Of a stretch of DNA of 64,000 nucleotides, positions 57,893 to 64,000 are shown one piece after another. The notes below the pieces were generated by a model. It did not search any database. It worked only from the letters and a program-made list of their open reading frames with translations, and had not been told where the DNA came from. The first letter of the stretch is position 1, and the number at the start of each line of letters is the position of its first letter. Source of the stretch: Candidatus Omnitrophota bacterium (lineage in GTDB: Bacteria > Omnitrophota > Gorgyraeia > Zapsychrales > Zapsychraceae); assembly GCA_029261065.1 (NCBI GenBank), contig JAJDCB010000030.1, forward strand, positions 132,876-196,875. The letters run 5' to 3'. Made by a program: the position numbers and the translations under genes.

Positions 57893-59421
57893 TGATGAAA
57901 AAAGTTGTGACTTTATTACTCATTCTCTGCTTTAGTCAAATGGTATATACAGAAGTATCAATATCTAATGTTGAAGTTGTTAAGGATGCGACGTATGAAG
58001 AGGCGCTAAGGTATATTGAAGAAGAGGAGTATGAGAAGGCTGTGGAGATACTCAAAGAAGCTATTGTGGACGACGAAGATAATGCTTCGTATCATTCCTC
58101 TATAGGTTGGGCTTATCATTCCCTTGAGAAAACGAATAAAGCAAAAGAACATTATGAAAAGGCAATTGAATTGGATACGGAAGATTATATAGTTTATTTT
58201 TATCTTTCGATCATGTCTAGTAATTTTGAAGAAAGGGTTGGTTGGCTTAAACGGGCTGCAAAGAGGTTTCCTAGACAACCTGTGTTTTTTGAATCTTTGT
58301 TTATTTATTATGAAGCTGAGGCGATCGCAGAAAGTTACAAAGGTAATACGGAGGTTGCGATCAAACTTTTGCAAGAGTATAGAAGTGTGGTTGATCATTA
58401 TTTTAAGACAATTGAAAGTCAATCTGAACCTTTAAGTGATGCTGTTCAAGTTATTAATTCAGGTATTAGAGAGCGTGTTGATCAATCGTTGGGTTTGGAA
58501 GAAATGTTTAAAAAAGACGCGGAACAGTATAAGGCATTGGGAGAAGCTAATCGTTTAAGAAATACTGGTGAGCTTCAGGATGCGATCAAGCATTATGATA
58601 GTGCCCTTGGAATCAGTGATGCTGTTGATCATTTTGTTTATAACAATCGTGGCAAAATTTATCAACAGTTAGGAAATCTTGATCAAGCTTTGGCAGATTT
58701 TAATAGCGCTATTGAAATAAGTCCCAAGGACTCTGTATTTATTAGGCACCGCGCCCAAGTGTATTTAGCGAAAGGGGATGAAGAGAAAGCTTTTGAAGGT
58801 TTTCAATCGGTTATTGATTTAGATCCTGAATCAGGAAAAGGATACGTTGTTAGAGGATGGGCGTACGAAACTTTAGGGCAGTTTGATAAAGCGATATTAG
58901 ATTATAGCAAAGCCATAGAGATTAATGATAAGCATGTTTATAACGCGTATAGTAATCGTAGTAGAGCGTACAGAAGAATAGATAGGTTGGAGGAATCGAT
59001 GGTGGATATTAAGAAAGCGATTGAACTTAACCCGGGGGCGTCAGTTTATTTCACGGATGTTGGTTTTATTTATTTGGATCAAGGAAAGTTTGAAGAAGCC
59101 ATTGAGGCGTTTAATAAAACAAATTTGGATTTTCATAAGTTTGCTAATTCCTATTTCGGACGGTATTTAGCTTTAAAGGCAAAGGGTCATATTGAGCAAG
59201 CCAATGACGATTTAAAGAAAGTTCGCGAGCTTGATATTGGTTTAGCGGAAAACACCGTTATAACAGCCAAACAATTTGAGAAGGCGAATAGGATACGGCA
59301 AGCCTTACAGTATATGAATTATGCCTTTGAAATCAATCCAGAGTTGGAAGTTAAGTATAAAGATTTTGTGGATGTCTTAAAATCAAAATTAGTTGATTCG
59401 AAGGAAGGGAGAGTGGAATGA
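57892..59421 (+). CDS. Secreted TPR-repeat protein (tandem paralogue 1)
   Basis: Signal peptide and multiple TPR units ('ALADFNSAIEISPKDSVFIRHRAQVYLAKGDEEKAFEGFQSVIDLDPESGKGYVVRGWAYETLGQFDKAILDYSKAIEIN'). Confidence 0.75.
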   Translation: MMKKVVTLLLILCFSQMVYTEVSISNVEVVKDATYEEALRYIEEEEYEKAVEILKEAIVDDEDNASYHSSIGWAYHSLEKTNKAKEHYEKAIELDTEDYIVYFYLSIMSSNFEERVGWLKRAAKRFPRQPVFFESLFIYYEAEAIAESYKGNTEVAIKLLQEYRSVVDHYFKTIESQSEPLSDAVQVINSGIRERVDQSLGLEEMFKKDAEQYKALGEANRLRNTGELQDAIKHYDSALGISDAVDHFVYNNRGKIYQQLGNLDQALADFNSAIEISPKDSVFIRHRAQVYLAKGDEEKAFEGFQSVIDLDPESGKGYVVRGWAYETLGQFDKAILDYSKAIEINDKHVYNAYSNRSRAYRRIDRLEESMVDIKKAIELNPGASVYFTDVGFIYLDQGKFEEAIEAFNKTNLDFHKFANSYFGRYLALKAKGHIEQANDDLKKVRELDIGLAENTVITAKQFEKANRIRQALQYMNYAFEINPELEVKYKDFVDVLKSKLVDSKEGRVE

Positions 59422-60929
59422 GAAAAATAGCTTTGTTATTAATAATTTTAGGCGTCAGTCAAATAGCCTTGGCACAGGTCGATGTGCTAGAAGTTGAAGA
59501 AGTTAAGGATGCGATCTATGAGGAGGCGGAAAATTATTTCGATGACGAAGAGTATGAGAAGGCTGTGGAGATACTTAAAACTGCCCTCACGGAGAATGAA
59601 AACAATGCTTCATATCATGTCTTAATAGGTGGAGCTTATTCATTACTTGATAAGAAAGATGAAGCTAAAGAACATATTGAGCGGGCCATTACGTTGAATC
59701 CAGATGATATGGAGGTTTATCTCAGTCGATTTTTTTTAACAGATGACTTTGAAGAACAGATGGACGGGCTTAAACAGGCTATAAAGAAATTTCCTAGGGA
59801 ACCTGCGTTTTATGCTTTAGCGTTTACTTTCTATAAGGCTAATGCTATTTCTGAAGGCTCTATTGGAAATACAGACATTGCCATAAAATATTTGGAAGAA
59901 TATAGAAGTTTAGCTGAGAATTATTTCAAGGTCATTGAAAGTCAATCCGAACCATTAAGTGAAGAAATTCAATTATTAAATTCAATGACTAAGGAAAGTC
60001 TAGAGACAATGGGGGCATGGGTAGCCAGGTTGAAAAAAGATGGGGAGCAGTTTAAGGCATTGAATGAAGCCAATCGTTTAAGAGATAAGGGCGAGTTAGA
60101 AGAGGCTATAAAACATTATGACATGGCCATTAACATAAGTGATGCGTTTGATCATTGGATTTATAACCATCAAGGTCATGTTTATAAGCAGTTAGGAAAT
60201 TTTGATCAAGCGTTGCTAGTTTTTAGTAAAGCTATTGAAATAACTCCTCAGGACGCTTCTTTATATAGGCACCGTGCTCAAGTTCATTTAGCTAAAGGGA
60301 ATGAACAAAAAGCCTTTGAAGATTTTCAAGCGGCTATTGATTTAGATCCTAAGGATGGGCGAGCTTATATCTACAGGGGATTGGTGTATAAATCTTTAGG
60401 GCAGTTTGATAAAGCGATATTGGATTTTAGTAAGGCTATAGAAATTAATGATGAGTATGCTTATGCAGCGTATGGTAACCGCAGTGAAGTGTATAGAAGA
60501 TTAGATAAATTCGAGGAGTCGAAGGTAGATATTAATAAAGCCTTTGAACTTAAACCAGAGGCTGTAGATTATCTTATGAATGTTGGCTTAATTTATCTAG
60601 ATCAAGGAAAATTTGAAGAAGCCATTGCAGAGTTTAACAAAAGAATTAATGATGATTTGCACTTTGCTTCTGCTTATGTAGGACGATATTTTGCCTTAAA
60701 AGCAAAGGGCGATATTTCACAAGCTCAAGATGATTTAGAAAAAGTTCGAGAACTCGACATAGGTCAAGCGGAATATATAGTAGAAATAGCAAAACTATTT
60801 GAAAAGGCGAATATGATTCACAAATCTTTAAAATACATGAATTATGCCATTGAAATCAATCCGGAGTTAGAAGTTAAGTACGAAGATTACATAGATGTAT
60901 TAAAGTCTAAATTAGCTGATTCAAAATAA
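59418..60929 (+). CDS. Secreted TPR-repeat protein (tandem paralogue 2, about 50% identical to paralogue 1, ATGA overlap)
   Basis: It is colinear with the previous ORF along its whole length ('...KYMNYAIEINPELEVKYEDYIDVLKSKLADSK' versus '...QYMNYAFEINPELEVKYKDFVDVLKSKLVDSK'). Confidence 0.75.
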   Translation: MRKIALLLIILGVSQIALAQVDVLEVEEVKDAIYEEAENYFDDEEYEKAVEILKTALTENENNASYHVLIGGAYSLLDKKDEAKEHIERAITLNPDDMEVYLSRFFLTDDFEEQMDGLKQAIKKFPREPAFYALAFTFYKANAISEGSIGNTDIAIKYLEEYRSLAENYFKVIESQSEPLSEEIQLLNSMTKESLETMGAWVARLKKDGEQFKALNEANRLRDKGELEEAIKHYDMAINISDAFDHWIYNHQGHVYKQLGNFDQALLVFSKAIEITPQDASLYRHRAQVHLAKGNEQKAFEDFQAAIDLDPKDGRAYIYRGLVYKSLGQFDKAILDFSKAIEINDEYAYAAYGNRSEVYRRLDKFEESKVDINKAFELKPEAVDYLMNVGLIYLDQGKFEEAIAEFNKRINDDLHFASAYVGRYFALKAKGDISQAQDDLEKVRELDIGQAEYIVEIAKLFEKANMIHKSLKYMNYAIEINPELEVKYEDYIDVLKSKLADSK

Positions 60930-60941
60930 ACGGAGGTAAGG

Positions 60942-61433
60942 ATGAAAGGACAAATGAAATTTGGATTGTTATTATTAGCCGCATTTTTAGGAGGCGTGGT
61001 TTCAAATCTAATTTTTAAACCGACAACATTAAGCGCCGATGATTTGCGTTTGTTGCGCACTTATCATTTTCAATTGTGGGATAAATCGGCAGATAGAATG
61101 ACGGCTGAGCTTTTAACTCCTAAGGGGAATGGGGCGATTATGAATTTAAATGGGAGTGATGGTCGGGAGCGGGTGCAATTAGGTTCTTATGCTGGCAATT
61201 ATTCTAAGGCTGAGCGGGGACAACCTTTTATTGGGTTGTCTGATAACTCTAACCGTTTACGTATGCTTCATCGGTTGGCCGGTGGCAACGAGGCTCCCGT
61301 TATTATTTTTAAAGATACTAAAAAACGTGATCGTATTGTTTTTGGTTTAGCTCTTAACGGAGAGGAAGAAGAACCTTTTTTTGCTTATTTTGATAATGAT
61401 GGAAAGAAACATATGGTGTTTGGGTCGTATTAG
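60942..61433 (+). CDS. Hypothetical secreted or membrane-anchored protein
   Basis: Hydrophobic N-terminus 'FGLLLLAAFLGGVVSNLIF', 163 aa. Confidence 0.45.
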   Translation: MKGQMKFGLLLLAAFLGGVVSNLIFKPTTLSADDLRLLRTYHFQLWDKSADRMTAELLTPKGNGAIMNLNGSDGRERVQLGSYAGNYSKAERGQPFIGLSDNSNRLRMLHRLAGGNEAPVIIFKDTKKRDRIVFGLALNGEEEEPFFAYFDNDGKKHMVFGSY

Positions 61434-61458
61434 TGATTACAGAGAGGGAGGTTTAATT

Positions 61459-61710
61459 ATGCATCCATTGGGAGTTTTTACACCTATACTATTAATAGTC
61501 AGCTTTGCTCTTTTGATCTGGGCGGCTTGGGAAATTTTTACGTCAAAAAATGATGTGGCTTGGAAAGCATTGTGGATATTGGAAATGATCGTGTGTTTTT
61601 ATATTTTACCGTTTGGGGCATTGATAGGGGTTGCGATATATTTTTATGTGGGAAGAAAAGGAGTCAAACAACAGCAGAGCAGGACTTATGAGAAGGAAGA
61701 TTTGCAGTAG
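61459..61710 (+). CDS. Small two-TM membrane protein of the PLDc_N type (cardiolipin synthase N-terminal-like)
   Basis: 'FTPILLIVSFALLIWAAWEIFTSKN...WILEMIVCFYILPFGALIGVAIYFYVGRKG'. The start was set at the ATG with RBS gggagg. Confidence 0.45.
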   Translation: MHPLGVFTPILLIVSFALLIWAAWEIFTSKNDVAWKALWILEMIVCFYILPFGALIGVAIYFYVGRKGVKQQQSRTYEKEDLQ

Positions 61711-61749
61711 GTGTGTCTTTTAAAAATGTATCAAATTAAGGGGTTGGTA

Positions 61750-62781
61750 ATGAAGAGGTTTATAACGATAGCGTTATTTTGTTTGTTAAATGTAACTTGT
61801 TTTATCTCGATATCGAGTGGGGCCGCGGTAGATCCGATGTATGTGGATGAGATGCAAAGGAGCGAGCTTAAGAATCAGGTGAAGGAGTTATTAGTTGATG
61901 AGGATTTTATAAGTTTGGAACATATGGCCCAAGATTTTCGAGATAACAAAGTGTTGTTTCCTTCGGGGAGTTGGAAATTGGATTATTATTATCGAGGATT
62001 ATCAAAGGCGTTGGGGGATGTGAATCATGAGAGTTATAAGTCTTATATGCAAATACTAAAAAGGTGGGGGAAGGCTTATCCAAAATCTGTGACGCAAAGG
62101 ATCGTATTGGCGAATCTTTATTCAGATTATGGATGGTTTCATCGAGGTTCGGGATATTCTGAAACAGTCACGGATGATGGGGCTAAAAAATTAAAGAAGT
62201 ATCTTTCCCTGTCACAAAAGGTGTTAAAGAAGGTGTCAAAATCTGAAATCAAAGATCCGTATGTGTATACAACATGGGTTTTAGTGGGGATGGGTTTAAG
62301 CTTATCTAAGGAAGAGTTGTACGACATCGTTGAACAAGGCAATAAAGTTGAGCCAACCTTCTACGCTACTTATTTGTGGATGGCCGAGGCGATGTTACCT
62401 CGATGGGGTGCCGCATTTAATGACATTTATGAATATGTGGATTGGTTGGATGATCGGATACCAAGTGAGCAAAAGGATGAGATTTATACGCGTGTCATGA
62501 TAAAGGTTTTTGCCGTGGTAGGTGGTCGGGTTTATAAAGATGTTTATGAGTTTCCTTGGGAAAGAACCAAAAATGGATTTTTACAATTAAGAAAAAAATA
62601 TCCACAAGGATTTTGGATTCTAAATCAGTTTGCTTTGTTCTCCTGCATTCTTAAAGACGATGATGTGGGCTATGGTCTCATCAACGAAATTGGAGACCTC
62701 TGGAATCAAGACTCCGTAGATGTCTGGCGATCAGCAAGTTATTTTTTAAAATGGCAGTTGTATTATGAGTCTTATAAATGA
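61750..62781 (+). CDS. Hypothetical secreted protein (paralogue of 47899..49125)
   Basis: Signal peptide. 'LFPSGSWKLDYYYRGL', 'ANLYSDYGWFHRGSGYSETVTDDG' and 'MLPRWG' are shared with the paralogue. Confidence 0.55.
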   Translation: MKRFITIALFCLLNVTCFISISSGAAVDPMYVDEMQRSELKNQVKELLVDEDFISLEHMAQDFRDNKVLFPSGSWKLDYYYRGLSKALGDVNHESYKSYMQILKRWGKAYPKSVTQRIVLANLYSDYGWFHRGSGYSETVTDDGAKKLKKYLSLSQKVLKKVSKSEIKDPYVYTTWVLVGMGLSLSKEELYDIVEQGNKVEPTFYATYLWMAEAMLPRWGAAFNDIYEYVDWLDDRIPSEQKDEIYTRVMIKVFAVVGGRVYKDVYEFPWERTKNGFLQLRKKYPQGFWILNQFALFSCILKDDDVGYGLINEIGDLWNQDSVDVWRSASYFLKWQLYYESYK

Positions 62782-63431
62782 TGACGAACCGTAGAATAAG
62801 ATATAGCAGCATTTTAATTATTTCATTATCAGTTGTTTTTGGGTCTTTTTATTCTCGTCAGAGTACAGTTGCCGCCAATCAAGAAGATTATTTGCAGCTT
62901 TGGGCTAAAAATAGGGCGTTGATGTTTTCTTTGCATGCTGAGGGAAAAAAGGTGGAGTCTTTGAAAGTGGCTGAAGATAATTTTGAGTTTATCAAACAAT
63001 ATACAAATAGAGAACATCCTAAGTATATGATGTCCTTGCATCATGTGGCCTACATTAATTATGATTTACGACGTTATGATATTGCTGAGAAACAATTTTT
63101 GGAAACACTTAAGATGTATCAAGATTACGAACGTTATAGGGACAGTTTAGCGCCTAACGAGAGGAAAAAAGTTGGCCTTGGATTCGGCTCAGGCAATGAG
63201 CAGGTCCTATTAGGATTAATCTATCAAGCAACGAACCGTCCAGCCTTAGCAGAAGAATACTTGTTAGCGTCGATTAAATATTATGAAGGCAGATATCCGG
63301 AGTATGCCTGGTACTATAAAGACATTCTATTTATTATGGCTGATTATTATTCAAACATGGGACGCATGGCGAAATCTCGAGAATACATTAAGAAAGGGAA
63401 AGCTCTAAAGGCTCAAAAGAAAGGGAGTTGA
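62778..63431 (+). CDS. Secreted TPR-like protein (paralogue of the next ORF)
   Basis: 'SLKVAEDNFEFIKQYTNREHPKYMMSLHHVAYINYDLRRYDIAEKQFLETL...PEYAWYYKDILFIMADYY'. Confidence 0.5.
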   Translation: MMTNRRIRYSSILIISLSVVFGSFYSRQSTVAANQEDYLQLWAKNRALMFSLHAEGKKVESLKVAEDNFEFIKQYTNREHPKYMMSLHHVAYINYDLRRYDIAEKQFLETLKMYQDYERYRDSLAPNERKKVGLGFGSGNEQVLLGLIYQATNRPALAEEYLLASIKYYEGRYPEYAWYYKDILFIMADYYSNMGRMAKSREYIKKGKALKAQKKGS

Positions 63432-63440
63432 TATTATATT

Positions 63441-64000
63441 ATGATCATTTTATTGAGAAGATTAACAATTTTCATTCTTACCATTATGTTATTAGTTTTT
63501 GTTGTTCGTTCGGGCTCAACAAATAAAGAGAAGATGTCTATAGGTCAGGAATGGCATCAAAGAAAACAGAATATGTTTGCCTTGCACAAAGAAGGACAGA
63601 AAAAGGCTTCACTGAAGGTTGCAGAAGACACTTTTGAATGGATCAAACAATTTGCAACTCAAGAAAATTTGATTTATGTGGAATCTTTAAATCATATCGC
63701 GTGGTTGTTGTTTGATTTAAAGCGCTATGAAAAAGCTGAGAAACTTTTTTTAGAAGTCTATCCTTTGTATGAAGCGATCGAAACGCTCAATCTAACATTG
63801 CCAGAAGATAAAAAGGTTCGTATTCCTAGTGTTCATGGCCTTGGAAATACGATGGTATTATTAGGAAATGTTTATGAATATACAGGCCGTTATGAGTTAG
63901 CGCTAGAACAGTATTTAGATGCCAAAGACTATTTTAAGGCCAAATTGCCTGATCATGCGTGGTATTACAAGATCATACTCAATAATGTTTCTAATATGTA
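63441..64000 (+). CDS. Secreted TPR-like protein (paralogue of 62778..63431), 3' truncated by the window edge
   Basis: The frame is open to the window end. 'SLKVAEDTFEWIKQFATQENLIYVESLNHIAWLLFDLKRYEKAEKLFLEVY...PDHAWYYKIILNNVSNM' is colinear with the previous ORF. Confidence 0.5.
   Translation, partial: MIILLRRLTIFILTIMLLVFVVRSGSTNKEKMSIGQEWHQRKQNMFALHKEGQKKASLKVAEDTFEWIKQFATQENLIYVESLNHIAWLLFDLKRYEKAEKLFLEVYPLYEAIETLNLTLPEDKKVRIPSVHGLGNTMVLLGNVYEYTGRYELALEQYLDAKDYFKAKLPDHAWYYKIILNNVSNM

Noticed and set aside
1-64000. CRISPR arrays, tRNA and rRNA genes
   Set aside because: No regularly spaced short direct repeats with unique spacers were seen. No intergenic region is long enough or structured like a tRNA. 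No rRNA-like sequence is present.

Overview
This 64-kb window appears to come from an uncultivated, low-GC (about 38-40%) diderm bacterium. Almost all genes are on the + strand. No rRNA, tRNA or CRISPR array was seen.

Positions 1-30.2 kb are a dense housekeeping block. It begins with an outer-membrane and lipid A biogenesis cluster: bamA (5' truncated), skp, lpxD, an lpxC-fabZ fusion, lpxA and lpxI. It continues with lysS, lolCE-lolD and ilvE. Then comes a run in Firmicutes-like order: mcsA-mcsB-clpC-(hypothetical)-radA-PIN/TRAM(yacL-like)-ispD-ispF-cysE-cysS-tmk-holB-yaaT(PSP1)-metG. The block ends with mtnA, thiL, tsaE, tsaB and alr.

Positions 30.2-36.2 kb hold a T/K/P-rich lipoprotein convergent with alr and a minus-strand comFC-lptF-lptG operon. 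An ORF6N-domain gene is inserted at the comFC start codon and is flanked by a 128-bp, about 97% identical direct duplication of the comFC 5' end. A secreted thioredoxin-fold protein follows.

Positions 36.2-64 kb look accessory and are rich in paralogues. Three large secreted proteins (1367, 1213 and 1030 aa) each carry a signal peptide, one or two CsgG/LpoB-like periplasmic modules, TPR or helical regions and C-terminal beta-propellers (Reg_prop-like; the 1213-aa protein also has BNR/Asp-box motifs). Smaller proteins reuse the same CsgG-like module. The region also has tandem TPR paralogues, two other paralogue pairs, a second secreted redoxin, and an operon of two DUF3592 genes, a GntR regulator and an ABC ATPase/permease pair. 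That operon has a near-consensus promoter overlapped by a palindromic candidate operator.

A family of REP/MITE-like intergenic inverted-repeat elements (core GTCATYCCCGCGAAAGCGGGRAT) occurs at four loci. One copy carries a perfect 30-bp palindrome nested in its hairpin loop.

The best candidate for a previously undescribed system is the 36-64 kb cluster of modular secreted CsgG-like/TPR/propeller proteins. The integrative ORF6N cassette at comFC is a second candidate.
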